A model generated the notes under the pieces. The model was not told where the DNA came from. It did not search any database and saw only the letters and a list, made by a program, of their open reading frames with translations. A program made the position numbers and the translations under genes. A DNA stretch of 64,000 nt from Thermoanaerobaculia bacterium (GTDB lineage: Bacteria > Acidobacteriota > Thermoanaerobaculia > Multivoradales > Multivoraceae). The stretch is from positions 32,001 through 96,000 of the forward strand of contig OY761158.1 in assembly GCA_963664405.1 (NCBI GenBank), given 5' to 3'. Of the stretch, positions 49,547 through 59,516 are shown in pieces. Position 1 is the first letter of the stretch. Every line of letters begins with the position of its first letter.

Positions 49547-52500
49547 CTCCCATCGTCCGACTCTGACAGGGGCAGGATCACGCGGACCGCCAGGCCCCCG
49601 TCGAGTCGATTTGCAGCGCCGATCGAGCCCCCGTGAACGTCGACGATACGTCGCGCGATCGGCAGGCCCAGGCCCGTGCCCGTATCGTGAGTGGAGAAAT
49701 AGGGATCGAAGATCCGCTCGAGATCCTCCGCTGTAACGCCAGGACCGCGGTCGGCGACCTCGATCACGAGATTGCCCTCCTCCCTGACTACCCGCACACG
49801 GACCTCGCCATCGTCTCGACTCGCCCGCACCGCGTTCTCGAGTAGATTGCGCAGCGCGCGGCTGAGAAGCTTAGAGTCGAAACGAGCCGGCGCGGTCTCG
49901 ATCTCCGCCTCGAAAGAAACCGTCACCCCGGGCGGGGGCGCGGTCAAGTACCCTTCGACCACCGAGGCCGCCAACGCGATGAGATCGCCCTGACGCAGGT
50001 CCATGGCCGGAACCCGACTGTAGGTCGAGAACTCGGCGGCGATCTCGCGCAGCTCATCGACCTGGGTGAGGATGTTCTTCGTGCAGCGCTCGAAAACAGC
50101 CTCGAAACGCTCGGGGTCGGTTTCGAACACCTGCTGCATATGCTCCGTCGACAAGCGGATCGGAGTGAGAGGATTCTTCACTTCGTGAGCAATGATCCGC
50201 GCCATCTCCGCCCATGCCTCCAGGCGCTGACCACGGAGGATCTCGGTCACATCCTCGATGACCAAGAGCGCAGCAGGATCCCCGCCGCCGGGCACCGGAA
50301 CCCACAGAACACTCCACTCGAGTCCCTCGGTTCCCGGCAAACGCAGGCGATGGTTCTGGGCCACTTCGCTTTCAGCAGTCTTGATCAGGAATTCACCGAG
50401 ATCACTGAAGCCCGCAGCCGAGGCCACAGCGTCGATGTCGTCGCCAACGCTGCTCGCCAGGAGCGCGCCTGCCACACGATTCTGCATCAGAACCCGACGC
50501 TGGTGGTCGAGCGAGATGACGCCCGAGGTGATGTTCTCGACCACCTGTTCAACCACCCGCTTCTCTCTCAACAGGTCCCGGCGCCCCTGGGCGATCCTTG
50601 TCGCCATCTCATCTATCGCCGTGACCAGGGCCTGGAGCTCCGGGGCGGAGGGCGTCAGACCCAGCGAGCTATCTCCCCGAGCGATGCGGTCGGTCCCCTC
50701 GACGATCTCCATCACCGGCCGCGTGAAGCCGGCGGCAAGGCGGGCGCCGACCGCCACTAGCAAGAAGAGGAGACCGGTAGTCACCAGAAAGGCCTGCCGG
50801 CTGAGCGTCGCCAACTGCCCACTCACTTCTTCTTCCTGAGCCACCAGCGGCGTCGATAAATAGAACCCCCTCTCGGGTCGGGAAAGAAAGTCGGGCAACT
50901 CCAAGGGAGCGTAGAGCTCCAGATAGGTGATCGGGCCTGTGTCTCGGGTACGCGCGGCTACCTTGGCCTTGCGCAGTGCCAGGTCGGAAAAGACCGCGCC
51001 GGGGATCCGCGCAGGCAACAGGCCCGCTGCGAACAACGCAGGACGGCTGGATGCGAAGAACTGGCTTCCCCAATAGACATGGATTTCCCGGTCAACGACC
51101 TGCGCCAGCCAGTCGAGAATCTCCTGTTCGAGCACCGCGCGAACACCGAATCCGGGCTCCAGGGCAAGCAGATAGTCACTCAGAACCTTCTGCGCAAAGC
51201 TCAATGCGACTTCTCCCGCCTCCCGGTGCTCGGCCTCCAAGCGGTCGCCGAGTGCCCGAAAGAGAACGAGATTCAACAACAGCAAGGGCACAACGAGAAG
51301 AATCGTCAATACCACCAAGAGCTTCCGCGGGTAGGAGCTGAAAACTGTTCTTGCACGCTCCCTGAAACTCTCTCTGGAAAGGCTGAAGAGCACAGCCAAG
51401 GCGCCGGCGAACCCGAACAAGATCAAGTTGCCTACGGCATGAACGCCAATCCGCTCGAGACCGGCGATAGGGCCAAGCCTCGGCAGAAACAGGCTGTAGA
51501 TGACGCCCTCCCCCTGCGCGGACCAGGACCAGGCGGGGCCGCTAGGTGTGTCGACCTTCCCAGCGGGCGCGTTCTCGAGAGGCACTGCCACTCCCCAGGG
51601 GAAGCGCAGAGGAGCTCCCTCGGTTGAATAGACGGCCACCACCGCTCCACCGGGGAGAGCTTCGCCACCGAGCGAGCCAGGTACCTGCCCCCGAAGCAGA
51701 TCGAGCTCGAGATCGTCAACGCCGGCCGCGTCGGCGCTAGGACCGGCAGCGGGTGCGACCCAGAAGTGGACGACGAGCCCAGTCTCTCCGGCCAGAGCCG
51801 TTTCACCGCTAGTCCACAGGCCTCTGGACTCGACCGGCAGCGAGCCAGGGTCCACTGTCCCATCGCGCACCGCCATGCCGTAGGAGAAGAGCGATGAGCC
51901 GACTCCAGGCCCTACCACTTCCAGCGCGGAAAGTACCCCTCGCCGAGCAACCGGGGAGCGCTGCCAGATAGCGATCGCCAAGTCCGAGGTCTCTTGTGGA
52001 TTCGGCGCCGAGCGCAAGAGCTCTTCGGGCACTGGTCCGCGCAGGAAGGAGTCCAGATCTCGGGCGACTAACTCGACCTGCGACGCTCGCGGCAGCGTCG
52101 CAGGCTCGAGCCCGGCAGCCAGCCCCTCGCGGAGCTCGTAGCGGTACACGAGCTCCCAGGAGACCGCGCCGAGCATGGCTGCCAAGACCGTAGCCGCAAG
52201 CCAGAAGGCCCGGTCCTGAGATCCTCCTCGACCGTGCATCGCGGCCCAGCTAGTGGCCCCGGCGGCCAACAGCAGGGCCACAGCCACGACCGTGTTGTCG
52301 TGAACAGCGCCGGCAGCGAAAACCAGGGCGAACGACGCTGGCAGCGCCCACCCGGCAAACCTAGTCGATCGCTCAACGACCGAGAGATCTAAAAGGGCGA
52401 CGAATGCCACCAGAGCCGTCACCGCCCGCAGTGCTACCAGCGAGCCGTCACCGAACAACGTCGAGCCAAGATCACGCGCCCCGAGAGTGCCTTGAAATAG

Positions 52501-53553
52501 AAGAGCGAAGGCCAGTGGTAGAGAGGCCGCAAGCAGGAGGCGCAGCCGACTCCAGATCGAGCCGGCGCGGCTGCCAAAGTGAAGGCTAGCTGCGAACAAG
52601 AGGACACCGAGTACCAAGGCAGCGCTCTCGGCGCCACCGGCACCCCCGGCCCGTGCCAGGCACCCTGCACCTGCCGCAGTCATCACTAGAATGGACGACG
52701 CTGTGCGGTCATTCGAGGTCGGCACGCGACCCAATGAGCGGGATCCTACGAGCGCACCGACAAGAAGAGTGAACCCGAGCACCGCGGCAGCCCACCTTCC
52801 TCCCCTCTGCCCCCTATCGCCAGGAGGGAGACTGGCCTGTATGGACAGATCGAATCCACGGCCTGAAGCCAGCCGCGCGCCCTCCCAGCCTCCTGCCTCC
52901 CCGTCTCGAACCAGCGTCCATCGGTAGTCCCCAGAGCTAGACCCGGGCGCTGCGAAGGGAAGGCGCTCGTGCGAGAAACTGGTGCCCACTAGGACCCACC
53001 ATCTCCGGGGCCCTGTTCCGAGCGGCCGTTGGGAGTAGAGCGTCGTCGCCCGGTAGCTGGAAACGAAGTCAGAGCCCGCCGTGGCGGCGCGAAACGGCGC
53101 CGGATCGTGAAGCAGGCCGACCCCTCCCCACGCCACAGCCTCTCCATCCGGATCGTAGAGAAGATAGCTGCGCTGCCGGTTCTCCGGCGCGCTCGCGAGA
53201 GCTCTGATCTCCTCGAAGACTTCCAGTCGGGACCCTACTGAGATGGCCTCCGCGAGCGCTTCGGCGGCGACTTCTGTCTCGCCTTCCAAATCGTCAAGGA
53301 GCGCAACGAAGCGATCTTCCGCCCGGGCTCTCCAGCCTTCGTCGCCGATGTCGAATCGCGACGAGAACCAGTTCCCGGACTGCAGTAGTGCGGCAACGAG
53401 GAGTCCGACTGCGAGCACGGCCCTCTCCGCAGCCCCCGCCCTGACCTTCAGGCTCCAAAGCGCCAGCGCCAAGAGGACGAGCGCTGAGCTCGGAGGATCG
53501 AGCAGAAGAGCAGCGGCAGCGGTGAGAGGCAGAAGCGAAGACTGCGCCCTCAA
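49543..53553 (-). CDS. Large multi-TM NtrY-like sensor histidine kinase
   Basis: HAMP, PAS-like region, IAHEVKNPLTPI, N/G1/F/G2 boxes. Confidence 0.9.
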   Translation of the reverse strand: MRAQSSLLPLTAAAALLLDPPSSALVLLALALWSLKVRAGAAERAVLAVGLLVAALLQSGNWFSSRFDIGDEGWRARAEDRFVALLDDLEGETEVAAEALAEAISVGSRLEVFEEIRALASAPENRQRSYLLYDPDGEAVAWGGVGLLHDPAPFRAATAGSDFVSSYRATTLYSQRPLGTGPRRWWVLVGTSFSHERLPFAAPGSSSGDYRWTLVRDGEAGGWEGARLASGRGFDLSIQASLPPGDRGQRGGRWAAAVLGFTLLVGALVGSRSLGRVPTSNDRTASSILVMTAAGAGCLARAGGAGGAESAALVLGVLLFAASLHFGSRAGSIWSRLRLLLAASLPLAFALLFQGTLGARDLGSTLFGDGSLVALRAVTALVAFVALLDLSVVERSTRFAGWALPASFALVFAAGAVHDNTVVAVALLLAAGATSWAAMHGRGGSQDRAFWLAATVLAAMLGAVSWELVYRYELREGLAAGLEPATLPRASQVELVARDLDSFLRGPVPEELLRSAPNPQETSDLAIAIWQRSPVARRGVLSALEVVGPGVGSSLFSYGMAVRDGTVDPGSLPVESRGLWTSGETALAGETGLVVHFWVAPAAGPSADAAGVDDLELDLLRGQVPGSLGGEALPGGAVVAVYSTEGAPLRFPWGVAVPLENAPAGKVDTPSGPAWSWSAQGEGVIYSLFLPRLGPIAGLERIGVHAVGNLILFGFAGALAVLFSLSRESFRERARTVFSSYPRKLLVVLTILLVVPLLLLNLVLFRALGDRLEAEHREAGEVALSFAQKVLSDYLLALEPGFGVRAVLEQEILDWLAQVVDREIHVYWGSQFFASSRPALFAAGLLPARIPGAVFSDLALRKAKVAARTRDTGPITYLELYAPLELPDFLSRPERGFYLSTPLVAQEEEVSGQLATLSRQAFLVTTGLLFLLVAVGARLAAGFTRPVMEIVEGTDRIARGDSSLGLTPSAPELQALVTAIDEMATRIAQGRRDLLREKRVVEQVVENITSGVISLDHQRRVLMQNRVAGALLASSVGDDIDAVASAAGFSDLGEFLIKTAESEVAQNHRLRLPGTEGLEWSVLWVPVPGGGDPAALLVIEDVTEILRGQRLEAWAEMARIIAHEVKNPLTPIRLSTEHMQQVFETDPERFEAVFERCTKNILTQVDELREIAAEFSTYSRVPAMDLRQGDLIALAASVVEGYLTAPPPGVTVSFEAEIETAPARFDSKLLSRALRNLLENAVRASRDDGEVRVRVVREEGNLVIEVADRGPGVTAEDLERIFDPYFSTHDTGTGLGLPIARRIVDVHGGSIGAANRLDGGLAVRVILPLSESDDGS

Positions 53554-55358
53554 CCCTCGCTCCGCAACGAATAGCGCTTCATCTTCATCGCCAGGCCATT
53601 GCGCGAGATCCCGAGCATGCGCGAAGCCGCAGACTTGTTGTCCCTACTGCGCCGCAGAGCCTCCCTGATCGCGGCCTGCTCGCAGCTCGCCACCAGACCC
53701 GCCAGCTTGAGCTCGGAGTGACTATCGATGCGTGGCGTTGCTCCCAAGGACGAAAGCCGGACCTCCGAAGGCAGCAGATGGACGTCGACCGGCTCTCCCG
53801 GCCGACACAGATAGACCATCTGTCGGGCGAGATTCTCCAGCTCTTTCAGATTGCCAGGGAAATCATAAGCGGCAAGCGCCGCCATGGTCTTGACCGTGAT
53901 CCCTGCCACTCGCTTTCCGGTCTCGTGACAAAAACGATTGATGTAACCTTGAATGAGAAGCGGCAGGTCTTCGCGGCGGGCCCGAAGCGGGGGCACGTCG
54001 ATGGCAAACTGCGACAGAAGGTACGCCAGATCCACTCGAAAGCGATCCTCGCTGACACACTTCTCCAGCGGCTGAGAAACGCTCACCATGATCCGGGCAT
54101 CGATCTTTGCCGGCATACCGGTGCCCGGCTGCTCAATTTCTCCGGTGCGCAGAAAACGAACGAAGCGGGCCTGGAGGTCCAGAGTCATATTCTCCGGCTC
54201 TTCGATAAAGAGCGTACCGCCGGCAGCAAGTGCCAGCTTGCTCTCGCGACGGAGCGGCCCCTCGCGCCCCGGTACTTCGGCTCCAAAAAGATCGGCTTCG
54301 ATCTGGCTCGGTTCCGCACCGCTACAGTTCACGGCAACGAAAGGTCCGTCCTTGCGAGGACTGGAGAGATGAAGGCTGCGGGCGAGGAGCTCGCGCCCGG
54401 ATCCGGGCTCGCCACGAAAGAGCACGTGCAGGCTCGGGTCGGCAATCGATCGCAAGCGCACCATTACCACCCGCATCACCTCCGACTCTCCGAAGACGAG
54501 CCCTGGCGCTAGAACGATGTCCCGTCGAGTACCGGTACCGGGCAGAATCGGCTCGTAGCGCCCGACGTGATGTACGAGACCCTGAATCAGCAGATCGCTC
54601 AAGGCCTGGAAGGCGGGAAGCACGGACCAGGGGCCGGGCCGGAACCGGGGTAACGCACAGACAACGCGATAAGAGCGGTCCATCGCCGTGAGTGAGGTAA
54701 AAAAGACGGTGCATGCCTCGCTCTCCAGCCGACCCCTGAAGAGGTGCGACTTGGCCGGCTCTCGCTCTCGCTCGTAAACCGCTTGCGAGAGAAGGTCCCC
54801 AGCCGAAGTGAGCCAAGCCGCGTCGGTCGTCGAAACGAACTTGATTCCCGGGTTCCTTTCCTCGCCACCCTGACAGAGAAAGAGAACTCCTCCCCCGCAG
54901 TCGTCGAGGACCGCCTTGATCAGCGACTCGAGGGTTACCCGGCTCTCGGTGTCGGTCAGAACCCACTGACTGATCGCCGCCAGATGCTCGGTCATCAGCT
55001 CGGGGGTGATGACCGACTCTAGAGTGCTCGAGCCGCTCTCCGCCGAATCACCCTTCTCCGCTTCCGGAGCAGGGCTTACGTCTTCGACCAGAAGGGTGAT
55101 CCCGCCGACTCGAACCTCGTCGAGAGCCTCGAGCTCCGCCTCTTTCACTCGCTCCCCGTTCACGAGGATGCCCCGCCGCGTGCCCAGGTCCTCGATATGG
55201 AGGCCTTGCCCCTCTCGGCGGATGCGAGCGTGGCGCCGCCCCACTCCGGTGAAGGGGAGATATATATCGCAGTCCGGCTGGCTGCCGACCACGATATCGC
55301 TGGCAACGATCGGGAAACGCTGTACCCCACTTTTGGCGTAGACGATAAGTCGGTACAT
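53550..55358 (-). CDS. FHA + sigma54-activator-like AAA+ + Fis HTH regulator (degenerate motifs)
   Basis: N-terminal FHA, GPFVAVNC, FPGNLKELEN, C-terminal HTH. Confidence 0.85.
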   Translation of the reverse strand: MYRLIVYAKSGVQRFPIVASDIVVGSQPDCDIYLPFTGVGRRHARIRREGQGLHIEDLGTRRGILVNGERVKEAELEALDEVRVGGITLLVEDVSPAPEAEKGDSAESGSSTLESVITPELMTEHLAAISQWVLTDTESRVTLESLIKAVLDDCGGGVLFLCQGGEERNPGIKFVSTTDAAWLTSAGDLLSQAVYEREREPAKSHLFRGRLESEACTVFFTSLTAMDRSYRVVCALPRFRPGPWSVLPAFQALSDLLIQGLVHHVGRYEPILPGTGTRRDIVLAPGLVFGESEVMRVVMVRLRSIADPSLHVLFRGEPGSGRELLARSLHLSSPRKDGPFVAVNCSGAEPSQIEADLFGAEVPGREGPLRRESKLALAAGGTLFIEEPENMTLDLQARFVRFLRTGEIEQPGTGMPAKIDARIMVSVSQPLEKCVSEDRFRVDLAYLLSQFAIDVPPLRARREDLPLLIQGYINRFCHETGKRVAGITVKTMAALAAYDFPGNLKELENLARQMVYLCRPGEPVDVHLLPSEVRLSSLGATPRIDSHSELKLAGLVASCEQAAIREALRRSRDNKSAASRMLGISRNGLAMKMKRYSLRSEG

Positions 55359-55496
55359 TAGGCGAATCCTACCGCAGCAATCAAAAAGAGGTTGGGCTAG
55401 CTAAGAGCCGGCGCATCGGCGCTCGGGATAGACCTCCTCGGCGGCCAACCCGTGGCGGTCAGCGGACCTGGTCCCGGTCGCGTGGGCCAGAGAATT

Positions 55497-55676
55497 CTAG
55501 TGTCCTGTATCAGTGGTTCGTTGCATAAATCGCGCAGTCATTTTGGGTGCTGCCAAGGCGCTACGACGAAGGTATATTGGGCAATATTGCGAGGAGAGCG
55601 GGGACGCCCAGCCAACGACGGCAGCGCGCAAAAGGGCCAGCGAGTTGTGTGACGAACTACTGATACAGGACACTGG
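55497..55676. repeat. Long palindromic (MITE/RPE-like) element 2
   Basis: About 32-bp terminal IR CTAGTGTCCTGTATCAGT / ACTGATACAGGACACTGG; core similar to element 1. Confidence 0.8.
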
Positions 55677-55710
55677 CTATCGATTACCGTGGCTGTTATC
55701 TTTTGCGGCC

Positions 55711-56772
55711 ATGAACGACCTCTTCTTGCGGGTGTGCCGGGGCGAGGCTGTGGAGCGCCCCCCAGTCTGGCTGATGCGGCAAGCAGGGCGCTACCTACCC
55801 GAGTATCGGGCGATCCGCTCAGGAGTGAGTTTTCTCGAGCTCTGTAAGAGCTCCGAGCTTGCGGCCAAGGTCAGCCTCCAGCCGATCGACATCCTCGGAG
55901 TCGATGCCGCCATCGTCTTCGCTGACATTCTCATCGTCCCTGATGCGATGGGAGTCGAGCTGCGCTTCGAAAAGGGAGATGGCCCTTCTTTTCCTACTCC
56001 CATCCGCAACCGAGACGACATTGCGCGCCTTCGCCACCCCGACGTGGAAGCTACTCTCGGCTATGTCTTCTCCACTCTGCGCGTGCTCCGCGCCGAGCTC
56101 GACGGCCGCGTACCCTTGATCGGCTTCGCCGGAAGTCCCTGGACTCTCGCAGCCTATGTGGTGGAGGGGGGAGTCTCTACGGCATTCCCACGCCTGTTGG
56201 CCTGGAGCTACGAGGACCCCTCCGCGGTTGTGACCCTGTTGGAACGCTTGGCGGACACTACGATCGACTATCTGCGTGGCCAGGTGGAAGCGGGGGCGCA
56301 GGCCCTGCAGATCTTCGATACCTGGGGCGGGTTGCTCAGCGCAGAGCGCTGGCGCAGCCTCGCTCTGCCGTCGATGCAACGCATCTTGGAGTCGATCCCT
56401 GCGGGAGTACCGAGGATCCTCTACCTGCGCAACGGTGGACACCTGCTCGAAGTCCTGGCGGACCTACCTGTCGAGGTGTTGTCGGTCGACTGGCGGGTGC
56501 CCCTCGATGAAGTGCGTCGCAGCTGTAGCTCCGTGCCCGTGCTCCAGGGCAACCTGGATCCCTGTACCCTCCTTGCCCCGATCGAAGTGATCGAGAGAGA
56601 GACTGCTCGCGTTCTCGAGCAGGGCAGCGGCGGCGGGCACATCGTCAACCTCGGGCACGGCATCCTGCCGCAGACCCCGGTCGAGCACGCAAAGGCGTTC
56701 GTGCGCTTCGCTCAAGGAGGGGGCTCTAGGCTCGTAGCGAAGCCAGCAGACGCCGCACTTCCAAATCACTAA
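55711..56772 (+). CDS. hemE: Uroporphyrinogen decarboxylase
   Basis: PVWLMRQAGRYLPEY, QGNLDP, NLGHG. Confidence 0.97.
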   Translation: MNDLFLRVCRGEAVERPPVWLMRQAGRYLPEYRAIRSGVSFLELCKSSELAAKVSLQPIDILGVDAAIVFADILIVPDAMGVELRFEKGDGPSFPTPIRNRDDIARLRHPDVEATLGYVFSTLRVLRAELDGRVPLIGFAGSPWTLAAYVVEGGVSTAFPRLLAWSYEDPSAVVTLLERLADTTIDYLRGQVEAGAQALQIFDTWGGLLSAERWRSLALPSMQRILESIPAGVPRILYLRNGGHLLEVLADLPVEVLSVDWRVPLDEVRRSCSSVPVLQGNLDPCTLLAPIEVIERETARVLEQGSGGGHIVNLGHGILPQTPVEHAKAFVRFAQGGGSRLVAKPADAALPNH

Positions 56773-57496
56773 GCTCTCGGAAGGTCCCAGGCTTGAGGCG
56801 AGGATCGCGCAGCGGGCCGATCGCGGATCTGCGAAGCTTCATCACCGGGTGACCCACCCGCTGAAACATCTCGCGGATCTGACGGGTTCTCCCCTCTCCT
56901 AGCCGTACCGTCAACCAGGTGTTCCCAGCCTCGCCTTCGGCTGCGACCTTCCCGCGCGCCCGAATCTCACAGGGAGCAGTTCTGCGGCCGGCGAGCACAA
57001 TACCGGCTCTGAGGCGGTCGAGGCTCGCTCGCTCCGGGCGGCCCCTGACCTTTACTTCATAGAGCTTGGTGCAGCCGTGCCTCGGGTGGGCCAAACGCTG
57101 CCCGAAGTCGCCGTCATTGGTGAGCAGCAGCAACCCCTCGGTATCGAAGTCGAGCCTTCCTACCGGGAACAACCCACGTTTCATCTTCGCCGGAACGAGA
57201 TCCATGACGGTGCGCCGCCCGTCCGGATCGCTCACGGTTGTCAGCAAGCCTCTCGGCTTGTTGAGGAGCAGATAGACCTTCTTTTGCGGAGCACGGAGGC
57301 GTTTCCCGTCAACCTTCACCGAGTCGGTATCGAGAGCAGCCTTGGTGCCGAGAGTGGCAATACTGCCGTTCACGGTCACTCGGCCCTCCCGAATGAGCTC
57401 CTCGGCCCCGCGGCGCGACGCGATGCCACAGCGCGCCAGTATCTTTTGCAGCCGGATCTGCTCCGGTTCCCTCTCGCCCTTGCTCGCGCGTGGCAC
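56726..57496 (-). CDS. rluB: RsuA/RluB-family pseudouridine synthase
   Basis: RLQKILA..GIASRR, PVGRLD, EGRTRQIR; follows scpAB; start inferred. Confidence 0.88.
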   Translation of the reverse strand: MPRASKGEREPEQIRLQKILARCGIASRRGAEELIREGRVTVNGSIATLGTKAALDTDSVKVDGKRLRAPQKKVYLLLNKPRGLLTTVSDPDGRRTVMDLVPAKMKRGLFPVGRLDFDTEGLLLLTNDGDFGQRLAHPRHGCTKLYEVKVRGRPERASLDRLRAGIVLAGRRTAPCEIRARGKVAAEGEAGNTWLTVRLGEGRTRQIREMFQRVGHPVMKLRRSAIGPLRDPRLKPGTFRELSDLEVRRLLASLRA

Positions 57497-57500
57497 CGGT

Positions 57501-58154
57501 CTACTCCTCTTCTTCGGAGGCGGACGGCTCCTGCTCGTCTTCCTGCTTCTGCCAGAGCAGAAGGGTACCGCTGGTTCCATCCCTATCGGCCTCGCCTGAG
57601 GTGCCGACCTCCAGTTGCCCGGCGAGTAGCTCGTCGATCTCCTCGAGCGGAGGAAGGTCCTTCAGTCGGTTGAGACCGAATCGAAGGAGGAAGCCTTTCG
57701 AGGTGCAATAGAGGAAGGGCTTCCCCACGACTTCCTTGCGGCCGGCAATACGGATCAACCGGTGCTCGAGGAGTGTCTTGAGCACACCAGAGGAGTTGAC
57801 ACCTCGAAGCTCCTGGATCTCGGGAGCCGTCACCGGCTGGCGATAGGCGATGATCGCTAGGGTTTCGAGAGACGCCATCGAGAGTTTGGTCCGACTGCTG
57901 ACCTGGAAGTAGTTTCGAAGGTAGCCGTGGAACTGGGGACGGGTCACCAGTCGCGCACCCCCGCCGGCCATGTCCACCATGACCCCTCTCGCCGAGTCTC
58001 CGCGGTAGCGTGCAAGAACCCCTTCGAGCGCCTCCAGTACCTCGGCCTTCTCTTCGCCCGGGAAAAGCCCACACAGCTTCTCTTGCGCAACCGGCTCTGT
58101 GGCAACGAACAAGATCGCCTCGATCGCACCTTCCATCTCGTTGTTCGCCGTCAC
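57501..58154 (-). CDS. scpB: SMC-Scp complex subunit ScpB
   Basis: IEAILF, LETLAIIAYRQPVT, LPPL. Confidence 0.95.
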   Translation of the reverse strand: MTANNEMEGAIEAILFVATEPVAQEKLCGLFPGEEKAEVLEALEGVLARYRGDSARGVMVDMAGGGARLVTRPQFHGYLRNYFQVSSRTKLSMASLETLAIIAYRQPVTAPEIQELRGVNSSGVLKTLLEHRLIRIAGRKEVVGKPFLYCTSKGFLLRFGLNRLKDLPPLEEIDELLAGQLEVGTSGEADRDGTSGTLLLWQKQEDEQEPSASEEEE

Positions 58155-58963
58155 CCCTGGATAGCCTCTAGATCTTCTTGTGCGAGCGTGTTCGTGGTGC
58201 GGTAGAGAAGAATGCTACCGCCATCGGTCTTATGAAGACGAAGGAGCTGGAGACGACTGAGCTCCAGTATCGCCAGAAAGGCCGCAACGGCCTCGGCGCG
58301 GCAGGACAGAGCGAGCAGATCGTCGACAAGGTCGAGTGGCCGACCCTGCTGCGCACTTCCCAGCAAGCGCTCGAACTGAGCGCGGACAGGAAAACTCTCG
58401 CCGGCGTAGTGAAGAGGCGATGGGTGCTCGCGAGTGTATCGATCCAAGGAGGTACGAAAAGCCAGGAGCACGTCGTAGAGGGATACCTCCTCGAGCTCGA
58501 TCGCCTCCGCCTCGCCTTCTTCGCCAATCTCGGTGAAGTCCCGACGGCTCGAGGGCCGCGCCCACATTCCACTGCGAACGCTATCGGTCTCGGCGAGGGT
58601 AGCGGCCGCCGCCTTCATCTGCTCGTACTCGAGAAGCCGCCTCATCAGCTCCTCTCGGGGATCCTCCTCGTCCTCCTGGGCGCCGACAGGCCGAGGAAGC
58701 AAGAGGCGCGACTTGATCTGGATCAGCAAGGCGGCCTCGTAGATGTACTCACCGGCGATATCCAGATCGAGCTCCTCCATCAGGCTCAGATACTCGTGGA
58801 ACTGATCGCAAACCAGAGCCACCGGGATGTCGGTGATAGCGACCTCGTTGACCTTCACCAGCTCCAGCAGCAGATCGAGCGGTCCCTCGAACTCGGGGAG
58901 AGTCACCCTCCACGAGGCCGGCAGTTTGGAGCTACGAGTCGCGTCGGAAGAATCGAGGTTCAC
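58151..58963 (-). CDS. scpA: Segregation/condensation protein A
   Basis: FEGPLDLLL, KSRLLLP, FLAILEL. Confidence 0.95.
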   Translation of the reverse strand: MNLDSSDATRSSKLPASWRVTLPEFEGPLDLLLELVKVNEVAITDIPVALVCDQFHEYLSLMEELDLDIAGEYIYEAALLIQIKSRLLLPRPVGAQEDEEDPREELMRRLLEYEQMKAAAATLAETDSVRSGMWARPSSRRDFTEIGEEGEAEAIELEEVSLYDVLLAFRTSLDRYTREHPSPLHYAGESFPVRAQFERLLGSAQQGRPLDLVDDLLALSCRAEAVAAFLAILELSRLQLLRLHKTDGGSILLYRTTNTLAQEDLEAIQG

Positions 58964-58979
58964 GACAGACTCCCAATGA

Positions 58980-59453
58980 TCAGACGCGGGCGTTGATCTC
59001 TTGCATCAGACGCTCGTTGGCGATCAGAACCTTAGCTTCGATGATGAGAGTCCGTACCTGGATGCCCAGCGTCAGGAAGAAGAGAAGCTCGTGAATCCAG
59101 CCGGGGGCAGCGCTGGCAAGAAAGGCTCCGCCCATTACAAAGGTGGCGATGACGACTCCCATCGCGAGCATGAGCCAGGGGTACGAGCGGCTCTTGAACT
59201 CCTTGGTCCTCTCTACCAGCTCTTGCTCTAGACCATATTCCTCGACAGCGTTCTTGATCGCCTTGCCGGTACCGATGAGGTAGAACATCACCCAACTATG
59301 GGCAAAGAGAAAAAGAAGGCTAGCTACGAGCCCAACCAGCACGTGTGGCGAGAGGCTGCTCGCCTGACGGTCCATGAGGTAACCCATGACTGCACAGCCG
59401 ATAAACCCGGCGGTCGCCAACCAACCTAGGACCAAGAGCGCTCTTCCCATCAT
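58980..59453 (-). CDS. Hypothetical 4-TM membrane protein
   Basis: Hydrophobic helices; operon context. Confidence 0.7.
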   Translation of the reverse strand: MMGRALLVLGWLATAGFIGCAVMGYLMDRQASSLSPHVLVGLVASLLFLFAHSWVMFYLIGTGKAIKNAVEEYGLEQELVERTKEFKSRSYPWLMLAMGVVIATFVMGGAFLASAAPGWIHELLFFLTLGIQVRTLIIEAKVLIANERLMQEINARV

Positions 59454-59516
59454 CTGTCGAGAAATCTCCCCGGTGGCTTCTGCTGAGCTTGTGATCTGGC
59501 CACCGTCGACGTGAGT

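Noticed and set aside
55513-55710. N-terminal extension of HemE
   Set aside because: It runs through palindromic element 2; the ATG at 55711 fits the HemE N-terminus
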